A stretch of DNA of 64,000 nucleotides from positions 24,196 to 88,195 of the forward strand of contig JAUSEK010000004.1 in assembly GCA_030650275.1 (NCBI GenBank), in the 5' to 3' direction. Below are positions 8,904-19,564 of this stretch, one piece after another (position 1 is the first letter of the stretch; the number at the start of each line of letters is the position of its first letter). The stretch is from Candidatus Omnitrophota bacterium (GTDB lineage: Bacteria; Omnitrophota; Gorgyraeia; Zapsychrales; Fredricksoniimonadaceae). Made by a program: the position numbers and the translations under genes. The notes beneath the pieces are model-generated. The model ran no database searches and was not told the origin of the DNA. It was given only the letters and a program-made list of their open reading frames with translations.

Positions 8904-9458
8904 TTATGATCCCTGTTTTGTGAACGGCATGCCCAACAACTGTAACAATTCCAAATTTCTTTCCTGGTCCCCGCCTTTAATGACAAAGGTGATGTCCATT
9001 CCCTGAACGCGATGGTCACGCGCGCCGGCATCGATCTCCGGAAAGATCGACTGGTCGGTGATCCCCAGCGTGTAATTGCCGCCGCGGTCAAAGGCCTTGC
9101 GGGAAAAACCGTTAAAGTCACGGATACGGGGCAGGGACACATTGACCAGACGGTCCATAAATTCATACATGCGCCCACGGCGCAGCGTCACCTTACAGCC
9201 GACAGGCAGGTCCTCGCGCAATTTGAAGTTGGAAATGGCTTTCTTGGAACGGCGGACCGTCGGTTTCTGGCCGGTGATCGTCGCCAGATCAACAGCGGCG
9301 CGGTCCAATATCTTCACGTCGGCAATGGCCTCCCCGACACCCATGTTCACCACGATCTTTTCAATATGGGGAACGGCCATGGGATTCTTGATCCCGAACT
9401 TCTTTTGCATCACGGGGATGACTTCTTTACGGTATTTGTCCTGCAAACGCGGGATCAT
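8904..9458 (-). CDS. rplE: 50S ribosomal protein L5
   Basis: 184-aa ORF canonical L5. Confidence 0.95.
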   Translation of the reverse strand: MIPRLQDKYRKEVIPVMQKKFGIKNPMAVPHIEKIVVNMGVGEAIADVKILDRAAVDLATITGQKPTVRRSKKAISNFKLREDLPVGCKVTLRRGRMYEFMDRLVNVSLPRIRDFNGFSRKAFDRGGNYTLGITDQSIFPEIDAGARDHRVQGMDITFVIKGGDQERNLELLQLLGMPFTKQGS

Positions 9459-9769
9459 ATCATTTCACCGGTTTTTCTGACCACGCGGATCTTGCCGCCG
9501 TCATTCAGGACCTTGGCGGAAAAACGCACGGGCTTATTGGTCTTTTTGTCCACCAGCATCAAATTCGCCATGGATACGGGCTTTTCCAGTTCGATGTAAC
9601 CGCCCTGGGGATAGGTGTCGCTTTTGCGCACCGATTTTTTGACCACGTTGATATTCTCAATGACGGCCTTGCGTTCTTTCGGCAGGACAGACACGACCTT
9701 GCCGGTCTTGCCTTTGTCCTTGCCCACCATGACCATCACCTGATCGTCTTTTTTGATACGTAACATCAA
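9455..9769 (-). CDS. rplX: 50S ribosomal protein L24
   Basis: 104-aa KOW-domain ORF. Confidence 0.95.
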   Translation of the reverse strand: MMLRIKKDDQVMVMVGKDKGKTGKVVSVLPKERKAVIENINVVKKSVRKSDTYPQGGYIELEKPVSMANLMLVDKKTNKPVRFSAKVLNDGGKIRVVRKTGEMI

Positions 9770-10134
9770 ACCACCTCTGGTGCTAAAGAAATGATCTTCA
9801 TGTATTCCATATTGCGCAGTTCACGCGCCACGGGCCCGAAGACGCGGGTCCCTTTGGGGTTGCCGGCGTCGTCAATGATGACCACCGCGTTGGTATCAAA
9901 ACGGACATGGGTGCCGTCGGGCCTGTGGATCATCTTTTTGGTGCGCACGACGATGCCCTTGGCCATGGTGCCTTTCTTGACCGCGGCATCCGGAGCGCTT
10001 TCCTTGATATTGACCCTGACGATATCGCCGACCTTGGCCCACATTTTCCCCTTGGCTTTAAGAACGCCGATCACAGAGGCCTTGCGGGCCCCGGTATTGT
10101 CGGCAACATCTAAAATGGTCTTGAGTTGGATCAT
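9766..10134 (-). CDS. rplN: 50S ribosomal protein L14
   Basis: 122-aa ORF canonical L14. Confidence 0.95.
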   Translation of the reverse strand: MIQLKTILDVADNTGARKASVIGVLKAKGKMWAKVGDIVRVNIKESAPDAAVKKGTMAKGIVVRTKKMIHRPDGTHVRFDTNAVVIIDDAGNPKGTRVFGPVARELRNMEYMKIISLAPEVV

Positions 10135-10137
10135 GGC

Positions 10138-10464
10138 TTACGCCTTTTGCTCAGATGCTTCGCTGTGCTGAGATGCTTCGCTACGCTCAGCATCATCGGC
10201 CCTGATCTGCGTCGAAGGGCCGATGACTTCCTGGATGATCCAGCGCTTGTCCTTGGACAACGGCCGGGTTTCCATGATGCGCACCACATCCCCCACCTTG
10301 GTCGCGTTGGCTTCGTCATGCGCCTTATACTTCGCAAAACTGCGCACCGACTTTTCGTACTTGGCATGCTTGCTGACCCGCGACACCCGCACAACACGGG
10401 TCTTGTTCATCTTGTCGCTGACAACAACGGCCGTTAACAGGCGACGATGGTTATTTCTTTCCAT
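10138..10464 (-). CDS. rpsQ: 30S ribosomal protein S17 with short repeated acidic C-terminal tail (EASQHSEASEQ)
   Basis: 108-aa ORF; N-terminal ...RLLTAVVVSDKMNKTRVVRV... is canonical S17. Confidence 0.95.
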   Translation of the reverse strand: MERNNHRRLLTAVVVSDKMNKTRVVRVSRVSKHAKYEKSVRSFAKYKAHDEANATKVGDVVRIMETRPLSKDKRWIIQEVIGPSTQIRADDAERSEASQHSEASEQKA

Positions 10465-10666
10465 TAGACTTTCTTTCGTTTAAGACCGTCAGGATACGGG
10501 CAATGTCTTTCTTGGCTTTCTTGAACAACGCCGGTTTCTCGACACGGCCCAGCTGACGCTGATTGTTGAGGCCGAACAGTTCCTTCTTGATCTGTTTTTC
10601 CTTGGCCGCCAGATCTTCAAGCGACAGGTCTTTCAACTCTTTGATCTTCATTCTAGTGCCCCTCAC
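10451..10666 (-). CDS. rpmC: 50S ribosomal protein L29 (true start may be the MKIKELKD Met at 10651)
   Basis: 71-aa ORF; KIKELKDLSLEDLAAKEKQIKKELFGL is a canonical L29 helix. Confidence 0.9.
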   Translation of the reverse strand: MRGTRMKIKELKDLSLEDLAAKEKQIKKELFGLNNQRQLGRVEKPALFKKAKKDIARILTVLNERKSNGKK

Positions 10667-11069
10667 GCGTCACAAATTTCGTTCTCAGCGACAATTTAAA
10701 AGCGACCAGGCGCAGGACCTGTTTGGCGAAATCCGCGGGAACGCCGCCGAGTTCAAAAATGATCTTGCCCCGCCTGACCACCGCGACCCAATGATCCAGG
10801 TCCCCTTTGCCTTTGCCCATGCGGGTTTCCGCGGGTTTCTTGGTGATGGACTTGTGCGGGAACGCGCTGATCCACAATTTTCCGGTGCCGTGCAGTTTAC
10901 GGGCCACGACAACGCGGGATGCCTCCAACTGGCGCGCCGGGAGAAACCCATTCTCCAGGGCCTTGAGGCCATATTCACCGAAATGCATCTGGCTTCCGGT
11001 CACGGCGATGCCGCGGGATTTTCCCTTTTGGCTCTTGCGGTACTTGACTCTTTTGGGCATTAACAACAT
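10653..11069 (-). CDS. rplP: 50S ribosomal protein L16
   Basis: 138-aa ORF canonical L16; AAGGAA RBS upstream. Confidence 0.95.
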   Translation of the reverse strand: MLLMPKRVKYRKSQKGKSRGIAVTGSQMHFGEYGLKALENGFLPARQLEASRVVVARKLHGTGKLWISAFPHKSITKKPAETRMGKGKGDLDHWVAVVRRGKIIFELGGVPADFAKQVLRLVAFKLSLRTKFVTREGH

Positions 11070-11085
11070 AAAAAATTCCTTGTCC

Positions 11086-11110
11086 GGGCGATGACAAGCA
11101 TCGCCCCTAC
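11086..11110 (-). repeat. 25-nt hairpin repeat gggcgatgacaagcatcgcccctac in rpsC-rplP spacer
   Basis: Exact 25/25 copy at 28829..28853; related copy gggcgatcaatgatcgcccctac at 6671..6693 inside the rpsE 3' end. Confidence 0.6.
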
Positions 11111-11111
11111 G

Positions 11112-11852
11112 TTAAACGGCGGCCGGCGCTTCAGGCACAACCGGCACAATAGGAACAACAACCGGCGCTGCGGGCTGGACCGGGACCAGAGCCGCCTGGG
11201 CCTGCTCCTCGATCTCCTGATGGTCTTTGATCACGTCACCCTTATAGATCCAGACCTTCACGCCCAGCAAACCGTAGGTCGTCAACGCTTCCGCAAAACC
11301 GTAATCAATGTCCGCGCGCAGGGTCTGTAAAGGGACCTTGCCTTCATGATATTTTTCGGTGCGGGCCAGTTCCGCGCCGCCCAAACGTCCGGCGCAGCGG
11401 ATCTTGATGCCTTTGGCACCGGCCGCGCGGGCCTGTTCAATGGCGCGCTTCATGGCACGGCGGAACGCCACGCGTTTCTCCAGCTGGAAGGCCACGCTCT
11501 GGGCCACCAACTGGGCGTCCACGGACGGGTTTTTGATCTCCTGAATATCGATCGCGATCTCGCGGCTGGTGATCTTGCCCAGATCAGCGCGCAGACGGTC
11601 GATGTCAGCGCCCCTCCGGCCGATGATGACACCCGGACGGGCGGAATGGATACGGACCTTGACCTGTTCGGCCAAACGCTCGATCACGACCATGGATACC
11701 GCGGCCTGCTTGAATTTTTCATTGATATACTCGCGGATCTTGAAATCTTCCCGGATATTCTTGGAGAAATCCCTGCGTTCAGCGAACCACAGGCTGCGCC
11801 AGTTCTTGGTGAACCCGAGCCTCAATGCTAATGGATGAACTTTTTGTCCCAC
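11112..11852 (-). CDS. rpsC: 30S ribosomal protein S3 (GTG start; Pro/Val/Ala-rich C-terminal tail)
   Basis: 246-aa ORF, KH + S3-C domains; manual check shows GTG initiation codon. Confidence 0.95.
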   Translation of the reverse strand: MGQKVHPLALRLGFTKNWRSLWFAERRDFSKNIREDFKIREYINEKFKQAAVSMVVIERLAEQVKVRIHSARPGVIIGRRGADIDRLRADLGKITSREIAIDIQEIKNPSVDAQLVAQSVAFQLEKRVAFRRAMKRAIEQARAAGAKGIKIRCAGRLGGAELARTEKYHEGKVPLQTLRADIDYGFAEALTTYGLLGVKVWIYKGDVIKDHQEIEEQAQAALVPVQPAAPVVVPIVPVVPEAPAAV

Positions 11853-11874
11853 GGTGATCTCTCCTAAAAAATGC

Positions 11875-12210
11875 CTATTTTGTTTTAAGGTCCAGCTCGA
11901 TCGTCAAATGCGTGGTGCGGCGCAGGATCGGGGCGGCGCGGCCGAAAGACGCGGCACGGAAACGCTTCCAGGCGCCGCCGTGATTGGCCGTGATCCTCGA
12001 AACATACAGCTGTTCCTCAGCCAAACCTTTTTGTTTGGCATTGCTCACCGCGGAATCCAACACCTTTTTCACGAAAGAAGTGCCGCCCTTGTTGATCTGG
12101 GCCAAAAGGGCAAGGCTCGTTGGAATATCTTTGCCGCGGATGGCATCAATGACCTGACGGACCTTCATGGACGAAATTCTCAAAAATTTTGCATGCGCTG
12201 TGGCTATCAT
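11875..12210 (-). CDS. rplV: 50S ribosomal protein L22
   Basis: ORF-track start at 12258 overlaps rpsS; the conserved L22 N-terminus MIATAHAKFLRIS begins at 12210. Confidence 0.9.
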   Translation of the reverse strand: MIATAHAKFLRISSMKVRQVIDAIRGKDIPTSLALLAQINKGGTSFVKKVLDSAVSNAKQKGLAEEQLYVSRITANHGGAWKRFRAASFGRAAPILRRTTHLTIELDLKTK

Positions 12211-12217
12211 TTTGTCC

Positions 12218-12505
12218 CTACTTCTTCTGCATCGCCTTCTTGGCCTTGACCCCGCCATGGGCCCTGAACGTGCGGGTCGGCACGAACTCGCCGAGTTTCA
12301 AACCCACCATGTTCTCGGTGATGAACACCGGCACATGCTTGCGGCCGTCGTGCACCGCGAACGTGTACCCGACGAAATTCGGGATGATGGTGGAACGGCG
12401 CGACCAGGTCTTGATCGGCTGGCGCTGGCCGCTCTGGATGACTTTGTCAAAACGGCGCATCAAAGATGCTTCGACATACGCGCCTTTTTTAATGGAACGT
12501 GACAT
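12218..12505 (-). CDS. rpsS: 30S ribosomal protein S19
   Basis: 95-aa canonical S19. Confidence 0.95.
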   Translation of the reverse strand: MSRSIKKGAYVEASLMRRFDKVIQSGQRQPIKTWSRRSTIIPNFVGYTFAVHDGRKHVPVFITENMVGLKLGEFVPTRTFRAHGGVKAKKAMQKK

Positions 12506-13354
12506 TTATCTTACCCCTTTTGCCCTTCTCCTGACGATGAACGGGTCGGAATATTTACGACGCTTGCGCGTCCTGAAGCCCTTGGTCGGTTTGCCCCACG
12601 GGGTGACCGGATGCGGGTTACCTTGCGGCGCCTTGCCTTCACCGCCGCCGTGCGGGTGGTCCACAGGGTTCATGACAACGCCGCGCGACTGCGGACGGCG
12701 GCCCAGCCAGCGGCTGCGGCCGGCCTTGCCGATGGAGATCGACCCGTTTTCCACGTTGCTCAACTGTCCGATGGTGGCACGGCAGTCCACGGACACCTTG
12801 CGCACTTCGCTGGACGGCAAACGCACATGGGCCATGGCCCCTTCGCGCGCGATCAATTGGGCGCAGGCGCCGGCGGAACGGACCATTTGGCCGCCCTTGC
12901 CCGGCTTTATTTCGATATTGTGCACGCCTGTTCCCAGGGGGACCTTCCTTAACGGCATGCAATTGCCGGCCTTCATTTCCACGTCGGCATCGTTGGTGCT
13001 GACAACCGTCTCTCCCGCTTTCAGATCGAGCGGAGCTAAAATATAGGCCTTGACCTTGTCGCTCTTGTACTGGATCAGGGCGATGCGCACGGTGCGGTTA
13101 GGGTCGTATTCAATGGCCAAGACCTCAGCCGGGTCGTCAATGCGATCGCGCTTGAAATCAATGATGCGGTACATGCGCTTGTGGCCGGCCCCGCGATGGC
13201 GCGAGGTGATACGGCCATAGGAGTTGCGGCCGCCGGTTTTCTTCAAAGGCAGCAACAGGGACTTTTCCGGCTTGGCCCTAGTGATCTCGGCAAAATCGTT
13301 GATGAGCGCGTGGCGCACGCCGTTCGTTGTCGGTTTAAATCTCTTGAGTCCCAT
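12506..13354 (-). CDS. rplB: 50S ribosomal protein L2
   Basis: 282-aa canonical L2. Confidence 0.95.
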   Translation of the reverse strand: MGLKRFKPTTNGVRHALINDFAEITRAKPEKSLLLPLKKTGGRNSYGRITSRHRGAGHKRMYRIIDFKRDRIDDPAEVLAIEYDPNRTVRIALIQYKSDKVKAYILAPLDLKAGETVVSTNDADVEMKAGNCMPLRKVPLGTGVHNIEIKPGKGGQMVRSAGACAQLIAREGAMAHVRLPSSEVRKVSVDCRATIGQLSNVENGSISIGKAGRSRWLGRRPQSRGVVMNPVDHPHGGGEGKAPQGNPHPVTPWGKPTKGFRTRKRRKYSDPFIVRRRAKGVR

Positions 13355-13633
13355 TTACACAGCCTCGATCTTCTGTCCCTCTTTCAGGGACACAACCGCT
13401 TTTTTCCAACCCGTGGTATAACCGCTCCTGGAACGCACGCGCTTGAGTTTGCCGGACACGCGGGCGGTATTGACGGATCCGACCTTGACCTTATAAATTT
13501 CCTCAACCGCGCGTTTGACGTCGATCTTGGTCGCCTCGGGAGTCACGCGGAAACAATACTTGCCCTGGCTTTCCAGGGACGTTCCTTTTTCCGTGCGCAC
13601 GAGCGCTTTTAAAATATCGTAAGCGGTGATCAT
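13355..13633 (-). CDS. rplW: 50S ribosomal protein L23
   Basis: 92-aa canonical L23. Confidence 0.95.
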   Translation of the reverse strand: MITAYDILKALVRTEKGTSLESQGKYCFRVTPEATKIDVKRAVEEIYKVKVGSVNTARVSGKLKRVRSRSGYTTGWKKAVVSLKEGQKIEAV

Positions 13634-14253
13634 TGGATCCTCTTGAGCAGCGTTTGCATCGCCGTTTTGGTGACCAGCAGCATTTTATTATTCATGATGT
13701 CCAGCGCATTGACATCGCTGGCGCGCGACAAGGTCACGCGGGCGAGGTTACGGCCGGCCAACAATGTCTTGGCATCGACCCCGTCCATGACGACCAGAAC
13801 GCGGCCCTGGGCCTTGACGTCCGCGAGGATCTTGGAAAAATCCCTGGTCTTTCCTGAAGGAACGGACACCTCATCCACGCAAACCAGATCATTGCTTAAA
13901 AATTTGGCATTCAAGGATTCACGCAAAGCCGCGATCCGCACTTTGCGGGGAACATCAAAAGAAAAATCGCGTGGTTTCGGCCCAAACGCAATACCACCCT
14001 TTTTCCACAACGGCGAACGGCTGGAACCCGCGCGCGCGCGGCCTGTGCCTTTCTGGGCCCAGGGTTTTTTGCCGCCGCCGGAAACTTCACCCCGGTCCTT
14101 GGTGGAAACATTGCCCTGGCGCTGATTGGCGCGGTACATGACCACGGCCTGGTGAATGACGGCGTCATGGACATGGACGCCGAACTGCTCTTCGGGCAAT
14201 TTGACGCTGGCGCTTTTTTTCCCTTCGCTGTTAACAACGGCTAATTCCGGCAT
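13630..14253 (-). CDS. rplD: 50S ribosomal protein L4
   Basis: 207-aa canonical L4. Confidence 0.95.
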   Translation of the reverse strand: MPELAVVNSEGKKSASVKLPEEQFGVHVHDAVIHQAVVMYRANQRQGNVSTKDRGEVSGGGKKPWAQKGTGRARAGSSRSPLWKKGGIAFGPKPRDFSFDVPRKVRIAALRESLNAKFLSNDLVCVDEVSVPSGKTRDFSKILADVKAQGRVLVVMDGVDAKTLLAGRNLARVTLSRASDVNALDIMNNKMLLVTKTAMQTLLKRIQ

Positions 14254-14260
14254 ATCATCC

Positions 14261-15004
14261 TTACTTCTTCGTGGTTTTGGCGACAGAGGCCTTGCTCTGC
14301 TTCATCGGGTTACGCTTGACGGCAACGGTCTCCTGTTTCTCTTCAAGCGAGCGAAAAACCTTCTTCTTGGACCTATTGATCAAAATAATGGCGTTGGTGT
14401 GGCCCGGGACAGCGCCCTTGACCAGGATCAAATTATTACCGGCATCCACCTTCATGACGCGCAAGCTCTGCACGGTCACGGTGTCCGCGCCCATGTGGCC
14501 GGGCATATGCGTGCCTTTATAGACGCGCGAGGGGTCGGAACTCGCACCGATGGAACCAACACGGCGGTGATGCATGGAGCCGTGCGCGGCCGGACCGCCA
14601 CTCCAGTTCCAGCGCACCATGCCGCCCTGGAAACCTTTGCCGATGGACGTGCCGGTGACGTCCACGAAATCCCCGGCCTTGAAAAGGTCGGCCTTCAATT
14701 CCTGGCCGACTTTGTAATCTTTGTTGTCGGAGGAAAAAAATTCATTGATATGCTTCAAAGGCGCGACGCCGATCTTCTTAAAAAAACCGCTTTCGGGTTT
14801 TTTCAAACGGGTCTCTTTGACAGGAGCATAGCCCAAAATCACTTTTCCGCCGGAGGCGGATCCGCCTTTGGCGGACACGGGCTTTTCCCTCAACCCCAAA
14901 ATGGTGCAGGGACCGGCTTCGACCACGGTGACGGGAACAATGTTGCCCTCATTGTCGAAGATCTGGGTCATGCCCACTTTTTTGCCCATTAAACCGCGGA
15001 TCAT
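14261..15004 (-). CDS. rplC: 50S ribosomal protein L3 (contains the same in-frame [10 protein letters not shown] insert as adk)
   Basis: 247-aa canonical L3. Confidence 0.95.
   Translation of the reverse strand: MIRGLMGKKVGMTQIFDNEGNIVPVTVVEAGPCTILGLREKPVSAKGGSASGGKVILGYAPVKETRLKKPESGFFKKIGVAPLKHINEFFSSDNKDYKVGQELKADLFKAGDFVDVTGTSIGKGFQGGMVRWNWSGGPAAHGSMHHRRVGSIGASSDPSRVYKGTHMPGHMGADTVTVQSLRVMKVDAGNNLILVKGAVPGHTNAIILINRSKKKVFRSLEEKQETVAVKRNPMKQSKASVAKTTKK
14843..14877 (-). repeat. 35-nt GC-rich palindromic element inside rplC, identical to the copy in adk
   Basis: See 4684..4718. Confidence 0.75.
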
Positions 15005-15303
15005 TGCTTGATCTCCACGTCGACACCGGCCGGCAAATTCAACTTGCGCAGGGCCTCGACGGTCTTGGATGTCGGGTCCACAAGGTCGATCAATCTTTTA
15101 TGCGTCGCCAGTTGGAACTGTTCACGGCTTTTCTTGTCGATGACCGGTGAACGCAGCACGGTATACAGCTCCTTCTTCGTCGGCAAAGGCACGGGCCCCA
15201 AAACCTGGGCACCGGTGCGGATGGCCGTGTCCACAATTTCCTGCGTGGACTGGTCGATCAGCCGATGGTCGAACGCTTTTAATTTGATACGGATCTTCTG
15301 CAT
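15001..15303 (-). CDS. rpsJ: 30S ribosomal protein S10
   Basis: 100-aa canonical S10. Confidence 0.95.
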   Translation of the reverse strand: MQKIRIKLKAFDHRLIDQSTQEIVDTAIRTGAQVLGPVPLPTKKELYTVLRSPVIDKKSREQFQLATHKRLIDLVDPTSKTVEALRKLNLPAGVDVEIKQ

Positions 15304-15310
15304 GAATTCC

Positions 15311-16507
<1,197 letters not shown>

Positions 16508-16530
16508 TGTCGGATCCTCCGTTTATTTTT

Positions 16531-18642
16531 TTACGATACCTTTGCGACAAATTCCTGGCGCGCGCCGATGATCTTCTCGGAGATCGATCTGGGCACCTGC
16601 GCGTAATAGGACGGCTCCATCGAGAACGACGCCCGGCCCTGCGTCAAAGAACGCATGTCATTGGCATAACCGAACATTTCCGCCAGAGGAACGTCGGCGC
16701 GCGCGGTCTTCAATTTGCCGCGGTTGCCCTGCTCGGTGATCTTGGCCCGGCGCGTGTTCAGATCGCCTGTAATTTTACCTATATGCTCTTCGGGGACCAC
16801 GATCTCAAGGGCCATGATCGGTTCCTGGAACACGGAACCGGCCCTGCGCAAGGCCTCTTTGATGGCCTGCTTGCCCGCGATCTGGAACGACATTTCATCA
16901 GAATCCACATCGTGATATTTACCGTCCACCAGGGTGACCGTGATGTCCGTGACCGGATAACCGGCCAGGACGCCGTTCTGCGCGCCCATCTCAATGCCTT
17001 CCTTCGCGGGTTTGATGAATTCGCGCGGGATGGCCCCACCCTTGATCTTATCGATGAACACAACGCCTTTGCCGATGTTCTCTCCTTCGGAGGGCTCAAC
17101 GTCGATCACGACATAGCCGTATTTACCGCGGCCGCCCGTTTGCGAAATGTATTGGCCGGCGACTCCGGTGACCTTCTTGGTGATGGCTTCTTTATAAGCA
17201 ACTTCCGGACGCCCGACGTTGGCCTCCAGGTTATTTTCGCGCTTCATGCGGTCCACAATGATCTCCAGATGCAGTTCCCCCATGCCGGAAATGATGGTCT
17301 GGGACGTTTCATGGTCAAATTTGACGCGCAGCGACGGGTCTTCATCCAGGAACTTGCGCAGGACCATGCCCATCTTGTCCTGGTCCGCCTTGGTCTTGGG
17401 CTCAATGGCCAGGGACACCACGGCTTCCGGGGGCTTCAGGCCTTCCAGGACGGCCGGTTTGTCCTCGGCGCAAAGCGTATCGCCGGACTTGCTTTCTTTT
17501 AAGCCCACAAAAGCCACGATCTCCCCGGCACAGGCGGAAGAAACGATCTCCTGCTTGTTGGAATGCATGACAACGATCTTGGAAATTTTTTCTCTTTTGC
17601 CGTTGGAAGAGTTCAAATACAATTGACCGGGAAGGAATTTTCCGGCATAAATGCGGGTGAAAAAGATCTTACCCACATACGGATCGGACGCGATCTTAAA
17701 AACCAGGGCCAACGGAGATTCATTTTCATCAGCTTTACGCTGAATGATCTCTTGGGCGTCATCGGGGTTATGTGCTTTCATGGGGGGAATATCTAAAGGA
17801 GAGGGAAGGAAATCAATGACGGCATCCAACAACAATTGTACGCCTCTGTTGCGAAGGGCCGTACCGGTCAATACCGGAATGAACTTGCTGGCAATGACGG
17901 CGCGGCGAATGGCGCTCATGAGCTGTTCTTTGCTGATGTCTTTGCCATGCAGGTACAGGTCCGCCATCTCATCGTCCACTTCCGCCAGGCATTCGACCAG
18001 TTCATGGCGGTATTTAGCCGTCTTTTCTTTGAACTCTTCGGGCAAAGGCAGGCGGTCAAATTCCATGCCGTCTTTATCTTTGTATTGGATATACTGGGCG
18101 TTAACGACATCGATCAGGCCTTTGAAGGCATCCTCTGCCCCGTCGTTATAGACAATGGCTGAGGCATTGGAACCGAAACGCTCGCGCATTTCGCCGACCA
18201 CACGGTCGAAATCCGCGCCCATGCGGTCGATCTTGTTGATGAAGGCGATCCGGGGGACGTGATACTTGTCCGCCTGGCGATAAACGGTCTCGGTTTGCGG
18301 CTGCACGCCCGAACAGGCGCACAGGACAATGACCGCGCCGTCCAAAACTTTTAAGGACCGCTCGACCTCGATGGTGAAATCCACGTGGCCCGGGGTGTCG
18401 ATGATGTTGATGCGGTGGTCCTTCCAGAAACAGGTGGTCGCCGCGGACGTGATGGTGATGCCGCGCTCCTGCTCCTGGGGCATCCAGTCCATCGTGGTAT
18501 TGCCATCGTCGATATTGCCCATCCGGTGGATGGTCCCCGTGTAATACAGGATGCGCTCGGTCGTCGTGGTCTTCCCCGCGTCGATGTGGGCGATGATCCC
18601 GATATTACGGAACTTATCTAAAGGTGTTGTATTGGCTGCCAT
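16531..18642 (-). CDS. fusA: elongation factor G
   Basis: 703 aa, [13 protein letters not shown]1 motif, five-domain EF-G architecture. Confidence 0.97.
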   Translation of the reverse strand: MAANTTPLDKFRNIGIIAHIDAGKTTTTERILYYTGTIHRMGNIDDGNTTMDWMPQEQERGITITSAATTCFWKDHRINIIDTPGHVDFTIEVERSLKVLDGAVIVLCACSGVQPQTETVYRQADKYHVPRIAFINKIDRMGADFDRVVGEMRERFGSNASAIVYNDGAEDAFKGLIDVVNAQYIQYKDKDGMEFDRLPLPEEFKEKTAKYRHELVECLAEVDDEMADLYLHGKDISKEQLMSAIRRAVIASKFIPVLTGTALRNRGVQLLLDAVIDFLPSPLDIPPMKAHNPDDAQEIIQRKADENESPLALVFKIASDPYVGKIFFTRIYAGKFLPGQLYLNSSNGKREKISKIVVMHSNKQEIVSSACAGEIVAFVGLKESKSGDTLCAEDKPAVLEGLKPPEAVVSLAIEPKTKADQDKMGMVLRKFLDEDPSLRVKFDHETSQTIISGMGELHLEIIVDRMKRENNLEANVGRPEVAYKEAITKKVTGVAGQYISQTGGRGKYGYVVIDVEPSEGENIGKGVVFIDKIKGGAIPREFIKPAKEGIEMGAQNGVLAGYPVTDITVTLVDGKYHDVDSDEMSFQIAGKQAIKEALRRAGSVFQEPIMALEIVVPEEHIGKITGDLNTRRAKITEQGNRGKLKTARADVPLAEMFGYANDMRSLTQGRASFSMEPSYYAQVPRSISEKIIGARQEFVAKVS

Positions 18643-18653
18643 ATTTTTATCCT

Positions 18654-18725
18654 GAATTATGGGGACACAAAACTTAATTCGAAACTAAAGTACACTAAGA
18701 ATTAAGTATTGTGTCCCTATAATTC
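18654..18725 (-). repeat. Inverted repeat with 27-nt arms (gaattatggggacacaaaacttaattc / gaattaagtattgtgtccctataattc) and 18-nt spacer in the rpsG-fusA intergenic region; abuts rpsG TAG stop
   Basis: Arms are reverse complements with 2 mismatches; a third copy of the arm lies at 59258..59285. Confidence 0.6.
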
Positions 18726-19196
18726 CTACCATCTTAAATGACTAAATGCCCTGTTGGCCTCAGCCATCTTATGCGTTTCATCACGTTTCTTGATCGCGGA
18801 CCCTTCGCCTTTGTAAGCGGCCACCAATTCATCGGCCAGCTTCACCTGCATCGGCTTGCCCTTCTTGTTGCGGGCGTAATCACGGATCCAGCGCATGGCC
18901 AACGATGTGCCGCGCGCGGGAACGACGTCGGTCGGGACCTGATACGTGGCGCCGCCCACCCGGCGGGACTTGACCTCCAGGCGCGGACGGACATTGTCGA
19001 TCGCCTTGGTCAGGGCCTTGGCCTGGCTCTCGTCGCCGGTCTTTTGCTGGAGAATGTCCAGCGCTTCATACACAATGCGTTCGGCAATGGTCTTCTTGCC
19101 CTCGACCATGATCATGGCCACAAAACGGCTGACCAGTTCGCTGTTGAACTTGGGATCCGGTGATATTTTTCTTTTTTCTACGCGGCGTCTTCTCAT
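18726..19196 (-). CDS. rpsG: 30S ribosomal protein S7
   Basis: 156-aa canonical S7. Confidence 0.95.
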   Translation of the reverse strand: MRRRRVEKRKISPDPKFNSELVSRFVAMIMVEGKKTIAERIVYEALDILQQKTGDESQAKALTKAIDNVRPRLEVKSRRVGGATYQVPTDVVPARGTSLAMRWIRDYARNKKGKPMQVKLADELVAAYKGEGSAIKKRDETHKMAEANRAFSHLRW

Positions 19197-19564
19197 TTTC
19201 CCCTCTTGGCACCGTATTTGGAACGTGATTTCTTGCGGTTGGCCACGCCCGAGGTGTCCAGCGTGCCGCGGATGATGTGATAACGCACGCCGGGAAGGTC
19301 CTTGACGCGCCCGCCCCTGACCAGCACGATCGAGTGTTCCTGCAAATTATGCCCTTCCCCCGGGATGTACGAGGTGACCTCGATCTTATTGGAAAGCCGC
19401 ACGCGCGAAATTTTACGCAGCGCCGAGTTCGGCTTTTTGGGCGTCATGGTCTTGACCTGCAGGCAAACGCCGCGCCGCTGGGGGCAACTGGTCAAAGCCG
19501 GCGACTTACTGCGTCTGGCTTTGTGTTTCCGGCGATGTCTGATCAGCTGTGATATTGTCGGCAT
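19193..19564 (-). CDS. rpsL: 30S ribosomal protein S12
   Basis: 123 aa [13 protein letters not shown]...[15 protein letters not shown]...[11 protein letters not shown] canonical S12; its first 58 nt overlap the rpoC 3' end in another frame. Confidence 0.95.
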   Translation of the reverse strand: MPTISQLIRHRRKHKARRSKSPALTSCPQRRGVCLQVKTMTPKKPNSALRKISRVRLSNKIEVTSYIPGEGHNLQEHSIVLVRGGRVKDLPGVRYHIIRGTLDTSGVANRKKSRSKYGAKRGK

